A stretch of 64,000 nt of DNA from Octopus sinensis (Eukaryota), in contig NC_043005.1 in NCBI RefSeq assembly GCF_006345805.1, forward strand, positions 33,542,001 to 33,606,000. Reading direction: 5' to 3'. The number at the start of each line of letters is the position of its first letter. Position 1 is the stretch's first letter. The notes beneath the pieces are model-generated. The model was not told the origin of the DNA. It saw only the letters and a program-made list of their open reading frames with translations, and made no database searches. The position numbers were made by a program, and so were the translations under genes. This document shows positions 11,596 through 23,322 of the stretch, piece by piece.

Positions 11596-13097
11596 CAGTC
11601 GTCTCTCTTGCACACCACATCTGATGCTTCTTAAGTCCAACTTTTCTCTCAAGGCATTACACTCTGTCATGTATGCACACTGACAATACACATCCAGCGG
11701 AACATACTGGTTTCATTCCTTGCAAGCTTACGCATGTCCTCAGCATGTAGCATGGCTGTTCGTACACATGCGTCATACAGTCTACGTTTTACTCTGAGTA
11801 AGAGGCCCTTTGTCACCAGCAGAGGTAGGAGCGCTATGAACATGGCCCAGGCTATTCTTATTCTAGCAGCTACACTTTCAGAGCATCCACCCCGCTACTG
11901 ACTTGGTCACCTTGGTAACAGAAGTTTTCAACTACTTCTAGTTTTTCTCCCTGGAATGTGCCAGAAGTTGTTCTCTGCACACCTCCCATGTTTATTGCTC
12001 CTGAACATTTGCCACATACAAAAACTATCTTCCCAGTTAGCCAACCTTTGATATTGCTGCACCTCTTATGTGTCCATAGCTTGCACTAGGTACAGTTTAT
12101 AGAGTTTCTACCTACGCTTTTTCTACAGATCGAGCAGGGTCATCTACCTGAAGGGATTTATGGTTTGTCTGCCTTCCTACTTATTAAGACTTTGGTTTTA
12201 GCTAGGTTGACTCTAAGGCCCTTCAATTCTAATCCTTGCTTCCACACCTGAAACGTTTTCTCTGGTGATAGTGACTCAGCAATAAGAGCAAGGTCATCAG
12301 AATAGAGGAGCTCCCAGGGTCATCCTGTCTTGAATTCCTCTGTTATTGCCTGGAGGACTATGATAAATATGAGGGGGCTGAGGACTGAACCTTAGTGGAC
12401 CCCTACCTCTACCTGGAATTCTTTACTGTACTCATTGCCAACCCTCACCTTACTGACAGTGTCCCTGTACATGGCTTGCACAGCCCTCACTAACCATTCA
12501 TCTATCCCAAGTTTCGTCATTGACCACCAGATAAGGGATCAGGGGACCCTGTCAAAGGCTTTCTCCATGTCAATGAAAGCCAGGTGTAGGGGTTTATCTT
12601 TGGCTAGGTATTTCTCCTGCAGCTGTCTTACCAGAAATATAGCATCAGTGGTGCTTTTCCCTGGCACAAACCCAAACTGCATCTCATCTAGGCTGACCCT
12701 CTCCCTAATTAGTTGGGCTACATCCCGCTCTGTGGCTTTCATTACCTGATCCAACAGCTTGATACCTCTGTAATCATTTGTATCCAATGCATCACCTTTA
12801 CCTTCGTAGCAATTGACTATGGTGCTGCTACACCAGTCATTGGGTGTGACTCCTTCATGTATCACCTGGTTGACTATATGGGTGACTAGACTATAGCTGA
12901 CACTGCCAGATATTTTGAGCATCTCTGTGGTGATTCCTGATGGGCCGGGGACTTTCCCTGTCTTCATACTCTTGATTGCTTTATCTATCAAGGTACTGTC
13001 AATTCGGATAGCTGGTCCCTCTGTTGGGTCGACATTCAGCAGACTATCTTTCTCTCATTCATTCTCTTTATTGAGCAACCTTACATAGTGGCATCTC
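11596..13097 (-). mobile_element. RTE-clade LINE, reverse transcriptase region, degenerate and truncated at both ends
   Basis: ORF 12539-12991: MKTGKVPGPSGI..EML...YRGIKLL...QFGFVPGKSTTDAIFLVRQLQEKY...LHLAFIDMEKAFDRVP; further along LLYSDDLAL and ...CGVQERRL. Confidence 0.93.
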
Positions 13098-13107
13098 ATA
13101 TATATAT

Positions 13108-13138
<31 letters not shown>

Positions 13139-13149
13139 CTATCTGTATA

Positions 13150-13940
13150 TATATACACCTATATACATATCTATATGTATATATATATCTGTATATATGT
13201 ATATATATGTATATATATATATATATATATACATACACATAGATATCAACATTGTTCATGTGAAAGTGACACCAACATTAGTCTCAGATCACAACATAAT
13301 AGAGCTGTCTATCTTTGGGCCGAAAGTAGTGCGAGACATAGTGGAGGCGCAATGGCCCAGTGGTTAGGGCAGCGGACTCGCGGTCATAGGATCGCGGGAT
13401 CGATTCCCAGACCGGGCGTTGTGAGTGTTTATTGAGCGAAAACACCTAAAGCTCCACGAGGCTCCAGCAGGGGATGGTGGTGATCCCTGCTGTACTCTTT
13501 CACCACAACTTTGTCTCACTCTTACTTCCTGTTTCTGTTGTACCTGTATTTCAAAGGGCCGGCCTTGTCACTCTCTGTGTCACGCTGAATATCCCCGAGA
13601 ACTACGTTAAGGGTACACGTGTCTGTGGAGTGCTCAGCCACTTACACGTTAATTTCACAAGCAGGCTGTTCCGTTGATTCGGATCAACCGGAACCCTCAT
13701 TGTCGTAACCAACAGGGTGCTTCCACATATATATATATACATACATATATTATCTATCTATCTATCTATATATATATACACCTATATACATATCTATATG
13801 TATATATATCTGTATATATGTATATATATATACACATAGATATCAACATTGTTCATGATGTGAAAGTGACACCAACATTAGTCTCAGATCACAACATAAT
13901 AGAGCTGTCTATGTTTGGGCCGAAAGTAGTGCGAGACATA
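13150..13940. repeat. Direct duplication (~13150-13340 and ~13775-13940) flanking a SINE
   Basis: cacatagatatcaacattgttcatg...gcgagacata and the preceding patterned (TA) tract occur twice; the copies end exactly 600 bp apart. Confidence 0.9.
13341..13726 (+). mobile_element. Full-length, young tRNA-derived SINE (family S3)
   Basis: A box TGGCCCAGTGG, B box GGATCGATTCC, many intact CpGs; the body matches a reversed fragment at 59955-60100. Confidence 0.88.
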
Positions 13941-14880
13941 CAGCCTAAAGGAAGCACCCCAAATCTCTCCAATCTCTGAATTTCCACAAAGCAGACTGGA
14001 AATCGATCCAAAAAGAGATCCTCAGACAGGACTGGCCGAAATGTCTCTCCACACCAGACATCAGCATGAAATTAGAATATTTTATGTCTGTTGTGCAAGC
14101 CATATGGCAGAAATATGTCCCAGAGCATAAGGCCAAAACAAATAGGAACAAGATTCCAAGGGAGAGAAAGATCCTCACGAGACAACAGATGAAGGTTAAA
14201 AATCGCCTCAACCAACATCCCAAAAGTAGCGAAAGGTCCTGCCTAAAACCAACACTGATGGAGATTGAAAACAGCCTGCAACAATCCTATGTGAGGGAAA
14301 GAGCAAACAAAGAAGCCTGGGTTATAAAAAACATTAAGTCAAACCCAAAGGTCTTCTTTCATTATGTGAAAGAAACAGCATCAGTACACTGCAAGATAGG
14401 ACCTCTCTTCCAAAAGGATGGCTCCCTCACAGACAGTCCAACTAAGATCAGTGAGATACTGAATGACCAGTTCAAAAGTGTCTTTACCACCCCGATGGAG
14501 CACAGACAAGTGAACGAACCAGTGGACTTCTTTGCTGCCTCACCTATAACCAGCGAGGCAGTTACAATGGAATACATCGATATTAGCGAAGATATACTAC
14601 TCGTCATAGATGAGGTAGACACAAATTCAACTGCTGCTCCTGATGGTTCTTCCTCAAATTGTGTAAGCATGCCCTGGTAAAACCCCCTCCAGATTCTCTT
14701 CCAGAGCTTTCTTGAAAATGGCAGACTGCCAAGCAAGCTGAAGGAGGGAATAATATGCCCAAACCATAAAGATAAAAGCAGAGCAGATGCCAAAAACTAT
14801 AGGCCTATCTCTCTGACTTTATACATCACCAAAGTCATGGAACGGATAGTTGGAAGGAAACTAATCACATTCCTTGAAGA
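13840..14880 (+). mobile_element. CR1-group LINE ORF2 fragment (end of APE endonuclease, linker, start of RT)
   Basis: SDHNII, FHKADW, IKNIKSNPKVFFHYVK, EILNDQFKSVFT, AAPDG, NYRPISLT..ITKVMERIV; contains frameshifts. Confidence 0.85.
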
Positions 14881-15088
14881 ACTCCTGAATTTGTTGGTGA
14901 GATTGACGCCACGATTGACAATGATCCCTCAAGTCAATCAGATCCATCACCAAGGACATAGGAGTGTCTGAGTTTCCTATCAGGCAGGTATTGCATGAAG
15001 ACATTTGGTAAAAATATCTGTTAAAATGAGATGTCAGTGTTATTTTGATTTTTGCATAATTTAGCTGATAATTTATTCACTGCACTGT
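14881..15088 (+). mobile_element. Tc1/mariner-superfamily transposon relic (HTH region plus one end)
   Basis: TPEFVGEIDATIDNDP.(fs)SIRSITKDIGVSEFPIRQVLHEDI resembles the second HTH of maT/Tc1-type transposases. Confidence 0.6.
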
Positions 15089-15316
15089 GTGTGTGTGTGT
15101 GTGTGCATGCATGTATTTCTGTCAATGTTTGTTCTCCACCATCATCACTTGATAACTGGTGTTGGTGTGCTTACATCTCCATAACTTAGCGCTTTGGCAA
15201 AAGAGGCCAATAAAATAAGTACTAGGCTAAAAAATTTAAGTCCTGGGGTCAATTTCTTTGACAAACTCTTACAGGCAGTATCCCAGCATGGCCACAGTCA
15301 AATGACTGAAACAAGA
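15089..15316 (+). mobile_element. SINE tail (family S1) after a (TG)n tract
   Basis: aacttagcgctttggcaaaagag...aataagtactagg...cagcatggccacagtcaaatgactgaaacaag, matching 54690-54833. Confidence 0.85.
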
Positions 15317-15489
15317 TATTATTTGTTCCTTTCTTATGGGCAGAATCGGCACAGCTGACATATAGTGAACTGGATTACTGGTGTAATGGAAGTTATAGTA
15401 TGTTTAAAAGTGAAGTGGTGGGGCACAATTTGCATGAAAATGCTTTCTGTTCTTAAGAAGAATCACAAGCCATGTATTGTTTCATCGTA

Positions 15490-16151
15490 TAAAAGGGGGT
15501 TAATGTGATTTTGCCCCGAAATCACATTTTCAAAATTTAAATTTCCCCCCAGTCCCCACTGCAATTTCTTAACTTGTTAATTTTTTTGAATTTTTTTTTT
15601 TTTTTATCAATGCAGAAAAATACAGAGATTACAAATCTGGGAAATACATTTTTTTTATTTTTCAAGTTTAGTTTTTCTTAAAGAAACACTCAATACCTCT
15701 TCCCCCCCACCTTGCCCACCCATCACCTACCTGCTTTCAAAAAGCTAAAACCTCCCAATGTTTCACTTTCGTCTGATGTTTCACAGATGTGTAGAATTGT
15801 ACTAAAATAGCAGATGCAAAAAATACCAGACCACCACTAGAAAACCTGACATGCTAGAAACAACAGGTAAACAACATTATTTCTGAAGAAACTTCCCCGC
15901 TTTCCAAAAAGTTAAAAGTGAAACATTGGGAGTTTGTAGCGTTTTGAAAGTGGTGAGGTGATGGGAAGGATATTTTAGTGTTTCTTTAAGAAAGAAGGAA
16001 GTAAATTCGTACACACTGTTTTTTTTTTCCTCCATGGATTACCATGTAAAAAATTTGGAAAAAAGTTTAAAAAATTAAGAAATTGGGATGGGGAGGGAGA
16101 AAATTAAAATATTGAGAATGTGTTTTTTGGGCGATATCCCAATCTCCTGTA
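15490..16151. mobile_element. Fold-back, non-autonomous DNA element with long imperfect inverted arms
   Basis: 15490-15590 mirrors 16060-16151, and 15670-15770 (cttaaagaaacact...ctcccaatgtttcacttt) mirrors 15915-15995. Confidence 0.75.
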
Positions 16152-16299
16152 TTGAAAACATAAGAATCGGAAGAAATTCAGGGGGGAAAAAATGGTGGGG
16201 GGGGGGGCAAATTTCACCTCAGGCATCCTAGAAACAACAGGTAATGGGCAGGATTTCTAGAAAAACTTCTTTTTAAGTTTATATCAAAGATCAGGTTTT

Positions 16300-17196
16300 T
16301 AAATATGCTCATCACAAACGCAAATTACAGAATAGAAAAAGGTCATCTCAGTTGGATTTGAGCTGTAATTTTGCACGTGCACACATCAAGAAATAACTCA
16401 ATTCGTACAGAAGTTTTACCTAGAGAGTGTGTGAGTGTGTGTATGTGTACGCGCACACGCTAAAAGAAGTTATTTTATGGTATTCTTTTGTTTGAAGCAG
16501 CAAAGTTGTCAACTCGATAATATGGGATCATATGATTGTTTGTTAATATCTGTAAATTATTTTAATTTCTTTATGCTTTGAAGAGAGCAGAAATGAAAAA
16601 AGAGGAGGTGAAAAAGGCAACATTTACTTTGAAGTGAGAGGAGAAAGTGAAAGATATACATGTATATCAAATGTGAGTGTGTGAGCGAGTGAGTGAGTGA
16701 AGGTGTGTGCTGTCATGCATGTATTTTTTGCATGTTATTTGTAAGTGGCACTCAAGCGCTCTCTCTCTCTCTCTCTGACACACACATTATCTTTCATATA
16801 CACATACATATGCATCCATCTTTTACGTATGTACGTGTGCATGACTATATTTCTTCATAACATGTAGAGAAATGGATGTCGTTCAATGAATGACTAATTC
16901 GGAGAAACATCACTTCCATTATCAACACATCATCAATCTCGTAATGTGACACTTAGTAATTTTGGTTCAAATTGAAAGTGTGAAACTATTTTCACTTTCT
17001 AATGAAACCTGGTCGTTGTAAAGCTGTGTCTTTCAAATAGCTATAGCTAGTTGTTGAGATAATGTAGAAGATATGTAAATGAAAATGAAGTTTATTTGGT
17101 AGCCAAAAGATGACTGAATCTTTTGATACCCCATACGTCAAAATCAGCAACTCAGTTTTCGAATGCATAAGGAACATATGCGCGCACACACACAAA

Positions 17197-17200
<4 letters not shown>
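16300..17200 (-). promoter_or_regulatory. Candidate promoter / non-coding first exon of DCUN1D3
   Basis: Non-repeat stretch with visibly more CpGs than its surroundings, plus a minus-strand donor-like ctctag|gtaaaa at 16414-16419. Inference only. Confidence 0.3.
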
Positions 17201-17238
<38 letters not shown>

Positions 17239-17944
17239 TAAATAAAGGAGCTTTGTTGGTTGATCAGCAAGAATTAGCAGCCAAACTATTTTAAAATTAA
17301 ACTACCATCTTAAAAAAGGAACGATATATTACATAATATAGCCCTAATTACATTGCCTTGGTAGGGAGGAATTTGGGACAGCTGCAATTTCATTAACTTT
17401 CATCATGGGCCTTCAGAATCATTAGGGCTGGTCTTGGGCTAAACTACAACATTGTATGCTACTCTATAATAGAGAGAAAATATCTATAGGATTTAGCCGA
17501 AACTGTATGTAATATAGATATATTTAACAACTCAACAACTCTCTCTCTCTCGATATATATATATATATATATATATATGAATGAGGAAGACTTGAAGGTA
17601 GGTGGCAACAAAGAAAGAATCTTTCCAGTATTTGAATTGTGAGAATAGCAACACTTGGTTGATGTGTAAAAAGTTAGCAATACAGCTGGCATTATTGACT
17701 GTTGAAATGTTCAAAGTCATTTCAGATCATAAACAGAAACACAAAAAATGAAAAAGGAGAAAAAAATGTGGAGCCAGATGGTAATGGAATGTATATCTTC
17801 TGGTTAACCTCAAGTGAATTACTTACATGCTACCAACACACACACACACACACACACTGCTGTATAGGCTGAAATAGAGTTACATTCATATTTGTTATGA
17901 TATATTATAAGAAACAGATCAGATATTCCCCCACCTCCTCAATT

Positions 17945-18120
17945 GTTATATGTTCACTGTTCATGCTGGCATAGACTGGGTAGGTTTGTTCACCTCAAGG
18001 AATCAGGGGTACTTTATCTTATTCACACTTTATTTTGGCTGGATGCCCTTCCCAGCACTAGCCACTCTACAGAGTGTACTGGGCATGTTTCTCATGAGAC
18101 CAGCACTAATGAGGCAATGA
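17945..18120 (-). mobile_element. Decayed SINE/LINE-tail fragment (family S4)
   Basis: catgctggcat...ggctggatgcccttcc...actctacagagtg is the reverse complement of 43020-43170. Confidence 0.65.
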
Positions 18121-18565
18121 TACCCTTGTAACTAAAGGGACCTCACAACTCAACACCTTTGCTTGCTCATCCATGTCTATACAGAGTGAGAAGCAAGAGT
18201 AACAGTAGGAGGACTGATAGGAATACTTGGTATTTTGAGTTAAGTACATAATATACAAGGCAATATTTTAAAAATTTGCCTGTCCAAAGTAGCTTCATAA
18301 CTTTGTCCTAAACATTCATGTTTGTTTTCACTCTAAGTCCTTGTTTCATACATTGTGTAATACAAACCTTTCCTTTCATAAATTCCAAGTTACTTCTGTG
18401 ATGAAAAAAAAAACTGGGAATGTGCTTTATAAATGATGCCTCAGAAATATGTCCTGTGTATTACAGGTGATACACAGGAGAGACATTTTTAGTGTGACAT
18501 TGGTAAATGCTATTCAAAATGTGTCTTTATACACTGGTGGTTGAAAAATTTGGGAATATGTATCT

Positions 18566-18779
18566 ATTTCTTTACTACCCACAAGGGGCCAAACAAGGAC
18601 AGACAAACGGGTTAAGTCAATTACATCAACCCCAGTGCATAACTGGTACTTAATTTATCGATCCCGAAAGGATGAAAGGCAAAGTCAACCTCGGCGGAAT
18701 TTGAACTCAGAACGCAGCAGCGGACGAAAAACCACAAAGCATTTCGTCCGGCATACTAACATTTCTGCCAGCTCGCCGC
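18566..18779 (-). mobile_element. tRNA-derived SINE (family S2)
   Basis: Minus strand gcggcgagctggcagaa...ttctgagttcaaattccgccgaggttgactttgcctttcatcctttcgggatcgataaattaagtaccag; B box GTTCAAATTCC. Confidence 0.88.
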
Positions 18780-19019
18780 TTTTTTGGAATATGTATCATA
18801 CATGATGCATGGACACCAGGGAAATATGTCATGATATCACATGTAATACTCAAAATAAGCAAAGGGTTAAGTAATGGAATATAAATTGCAGCAGCATAAA
18901 TACAATGGTCTCAGCATCAACCAGGTTCAATTCTGGCTGTCAGTATACCATCATCTCTAAGCCAGTAGGTTTATGAATATCTCCACTTGAATGTATTTTG
19001 ACAAGGAGGGATGGGTGGG

Positions 19020-19082
19020 AGAAAGAGATAAAGAGAGAGGGGAGAGAGAGAGAGGGGAGAGAGAGAGGGGAGAGAGAGAGAA

Positions 19083-19173
<91 letters not shown>
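19020..19173. repeat. (GA)n microsatellite
   Basis: Long, nearly pure GA tract. Confidence 0.98.
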
Positions 19174-19177
<4 letters not shown>

Positions 19178-19454
19178 TGCTTACCTTACATTCCACAAGC
19201 TTAACATTTTTCACTGCTGGTAAATATTTTACATGACCTGCCAAAGAGAAGAGAAATGAAAATCAGTCAGTCAGTCTGACAGTAGGGATAGGAAAAGAAA
19301 TGATGCAAGTTATAGACATTTTCATTAAATACAATTCTTGTGAAGTTTAATCTCAACTTTATACAAACAACCTTCTACCTTGCTCACTTGGAATCTATGG
19401 TTTCATAGTAAATTCCAGTCTCTCATAATGTTTTAGGTGTTGGTTTCATAGTGT

Positions 19455-19955
19455 TCTATCTATCTATCTATCTTGTCCCAAGACTGTTTCCATACGTTTT
19501 CCCCACTCATCTCGATCCTCCATAATGGTTCTCAGCTCCTGTAACCCTTCCACACCAGTATCCTCCAGCAAGTTGTCAAGACAAGTCGTCTTCCTCCTTC
19601 CTCTCCTGGTTCTTCCTTCTGTTGGTTGCCAGAGCACTAGCTTGTTAGCAATTTCATCGGCATGTCTGATGCAGTGTCCAGCTAGCCTCACCCTTCTATG
19701 CTGTATCTTCAATAATTTGGTAGTCCCTGGTATAAGTCGGCATTTGTTGTATGACTCTTCCAAGAAACATTGTGTTCCATTCTCAGCACCCTTGTATAAC
19801 AACCGTCCACGTTTCTGTTCCGTATAGCAGAACAGACTCCACTGTTGCCAGAAACAACCTCACTTTCAATTTCCTTGCTAACTTTGAACTCCATGCCTTT
19901 CTCAATTTATGGCATGCACTCCAGGCAAGAGCTTTCCTTGCTACGATGTCTTTTT
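19455..19955 (-). mobile_element. RTE-clade LINE 3' end with (TAGA)n tail
   Basis: LKVRLFLATVESVLLYG.ETW, YTRVLRM..NVSW..H.TN..LY..LP, RRVRLAGHC.RH...LVLWQP..G...RGR; tail tagatagatagatag. Confidence 0.85.
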
Positions 19956-20915
19956 CAGTGTTGCTGTGTGGTGGCTTAATGCAACTATCATCTTTGTTGG
20001 TACAAACAGTGACCTTGCTACCATGTTATCCCCTGGGAAATTTCCAGAAGGAGGCTCACCTATCAATATCTATAACTTTTGTTCTCTCTAATCAGAGAAG
20101 TACCTCGATACAATGGCTACTAGGGACCTTCAAAAGCAGAACACAACCAATATCAATTCACCAAGAAGTTTGCAAGTACTTAACCTCATATTATAGTTTT
20201 GACATTATTCCAATATTGAATATTTTGAAGGAACTTCATTATCTCTAAGTGATTCTCAAACTATCCAATGAGCCCCCTACACTATGATATTAAAACAGTT
20301 TCATATATCACAGCAGAGCGCATGACTTTAAAAGAGGCAGCAATAAACCAAACACTACCTTATGATGCACTCTTAAGTAACACTAGTACTCTTTGGTGAG
20401 AATTAATGCAAAAGAACAAGTGTAAGTGTTAGGTAATGCAGGTAAATTACTGGATCAGTGTTTTTAACAATTCAAAAAGCATCAATGACACTTTTCTCTT
20501 AAAGAACATATTTCTGAATAGCAGCTGAGATCAATCTAAGGAAGTTTAGATGGCTCTTCCCCTGCCTAGTGTCTCTCCACATGATGCAGTTTCATGCCAT
20601 CTCTTTTGTGAATATTCAATATTCTGAGATCATTCTTAATCCATTCTTCCTTTTTTACAGGTTTCTTTTACTTAGGTCCCATCCTTCTTCACACTACCAA
20701 CAATCTCCATACACATCACATGCCCACATTAGCAATCTCATCCCTCTTCCATATTAGGACTGATTCCTATGATGTCCATTCTTCTCTTTCAGCTCACCTG
20801 TTTTCTGTCATCAATTCTACACACCAACATTACCCATTCAGTGAAGCATAGAGACCTAATTCCTTTCCAGTTTTCCTCTACACCCACAGCCTATATCAGA
20901 TAGATAGATAGATAG

Positions 20916-20952
<37 letters not shown>

Positions 20953-21858
20953 AAGAGAGAGAGAGAGTGATCCTTTGTTGCCTACAGAGGTATTAGCCTC
21001 CTTTATTATACTTTTGCAACATCTATTTTGTTTGCTGATTAGGTCACCCAGGTAACAGAAGCTCCTGGATAACTGAAGGTTTGCATTTGAAATGTAAAAC
21101 TTGTACTCAGTTAATTAAAAAATCATAAGAGATTCATTTTATCGTGTGTATGGGTGTGTGTGTGTGTGTGTATACATATATGTGTGGGTAATTGATACAT
21201 GTAAACAACTTTGGCCTAAAAATTACAAACCAAAAACAGTGAATTATAAATAGTAAAAAGGTACAAATAAACAAAAACATGTTTTAAGTCAAATATATTA
21301 GGTGAGGAAGATAGGGGGTGGGGATCCTGTTTCTGTAACAGCATTGTTGTTGAAATGGTAAAAACGCAAATATTTTTCTGGCCAAAATAGATAAATCATA
21401 ATTGTTCTCATGAGATTTGAGATTGCTTATCTCTGAGATCAAGGAGAAATTTATAAATACACATCCATGTACACAAACAAACATGTATGACTGTATTTTT
21501 AGGTACATATACATGTCTCTGGATAGTTACACACCCACTCTCTCTCTCTCTCTCCATTGTATATATTTATGCAAACAGAGAAGGTTTATGAAAGTAGGCT
21601 ACTTGAACAATGAGAATTTTCAAGTTGTTTGTGAGCAAGAACAACAGCTAAGTAAACAATGTTGAGGTTTTAGGAAGCAAAATGTCTTTACAACACTGTT
21701 ATATCTAGGGCAATGGAGTTGATGGAGAAGGTATAGGATTTAACTGGGTGCTTTATACTCATTCAGTGTCTCATGTTTCTGGGTCCAAATTCTGAGAGAA
21801 CTGAACTGTACCTCAAAGGTCAATGAATTATATATACTATAAAGTATGTATGTATGTA

Positions 21859-21902
<44 letters not shown>

Positions 21903-22476
21903 AGAGAGAGAGAAATATCATGTTATCCCAATATACACAAAATAGAACATCACAAAAATGTCACTGAAAATGGTTTACTATAATCCAGATTACATAATGG
22001 GGAGGAAGAGAAAGATCCCAAACGCTCTTGGAATAAATCTTAAGAGTTTATTTGGAATTAGTAACTAGGGGAGCTGTAATCAGCATTATTCACACAAGCA
22101 ATAGGTTGCTTTAAAAAGGTAAGTATCATCTGTAATGTAGAAACCCTAGAGTACAATCTAATATAATAAATGCAAAAACTAATTTCTGTGTGTCAGTGCG
22201 TCACACTTTGACCCTCTCTCTCTCACTATCCATTGACATGTCTACTATTGCTCATATTGAGGTGAGAGTAATAATAGGCATAGAGATGATGAGGGAGAGA
22301 GAGATAGAGAGAGAGAGAGAGAAAGAGACAAAGAAATTTAGGGAGGGTTGATGATGCTTTTATTAAAAGTAGTAGTGTTGATGGTGGCAGTGGGAGTAAT
22401 AATAAAAGAGAGAAAGAGTGGGTGTGTGAGAAAAACATGAACCAAAGCAGCAAACACAAGCTATAATGAAATACCC

Positions 22477-22660
22477 TTTACCCTTTTGATCCACCTAAGA
22501 AGGTTCTTGGTTCTATGAAACAAATTTTCTGTCTTAAAGTAATCTAAATTAAAATCTTCCATCAAAATTTTACGTTAACTTGTTCTAAACATCGACTTAA
22601 TAGTGACAGTTCTTTTATAAAGGTATTATTTAAAAAATTGAAACAGGTAACAAAACTGTT
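22477..22660 (-). mobile_element. TTAA-type MITE family B, reversed and partial
   Basis: ttta-cccttttgat...aaatcttccatcaaaattt mirrors 27930-28133. Confidence 0.6.
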
Positions 22661-22779
22661 AAAATACAACTCCGTACCAAAATGGTAAGCAAGAACCTGT
22701 TGTATTTTCAGAATTTAAATATAAGTACTATTGTAGGCTCTTCTCCTTTTTCTCCCCTTTTTTCCTGTCTTCAATTCTT

Positions 22780-23020
22780 AGACCAGGCGGTGCCTTGTGT
22801 TCTTGAGCAAAACACTTCATCCCACATTGCTCTGCAATCACTTCAACATCTGACACATGATGCGCTATGCATCTGTTCAGGCAAAGTCAATTTGGTGAAG
22901 AGAGTGAGCTAATGTACAGCACCTACATTTGATCACTATAAACAAATCATCTGTGCAGATTGTTCAGCAAAAGCTGAACACTCATACATTGTCTTCAACA
23001 GGAGAGTCCACCATTATTAT
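22780..23020 (+). mobile_element. 5'-truncated SINE (family S5) with a CORE-like central motif
   Basis: ttgtgttcttgagcaaaacacttcat...ttgctc motif and an (att)n end. Confidence 0.5.
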
Positions 23021-23126
23021 TTACTATTGTTTGTTATTTGAAAAGATAACATAATGAAAGGGAAATTATTCTTAATGAAAATTGAGACCTGATTGTAAAT
23101 TCAACCACTACCCCAATACATATTAG

Positions 23127-23322
23127 TTTCAAATTTTGGCACAAGGCCAGCAATTACAGGGGAGAGGTTAAGTCAGTTATATCAACCCCAGTGGTTGACT
23201 GGTATTTATTTTATCAACTCCAAAAACATGAAAGGCAAAGTCGACCTTGGCAACATTTGAACTCAGAACATAAAGACGGACAAAATACCACTAAGCCTTT
23301 TGCCTGTCGCTGCCTCACCGCC
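23127..23322 (-). mobile_element. tRNA-derived SINE (family S2)
   Basis: tttcaaattttggcacaaggccagc...atgaaaggcaaagtcgacc...tttgaactcagaac. Confidence 0.85.

Noticed and set aside
13343-13415. Possible tRNA gene
   Set aside because: No complete cloverleaf or terminator; it continues into a repeat body, so it is a SINE head.
18957-19244. Poly-ER / poly-LS ORFs
   Set aside because: (GA)n microsatellite artefacts; the same applies at 33244-33532 and to poly-Ser at 35747-35935.
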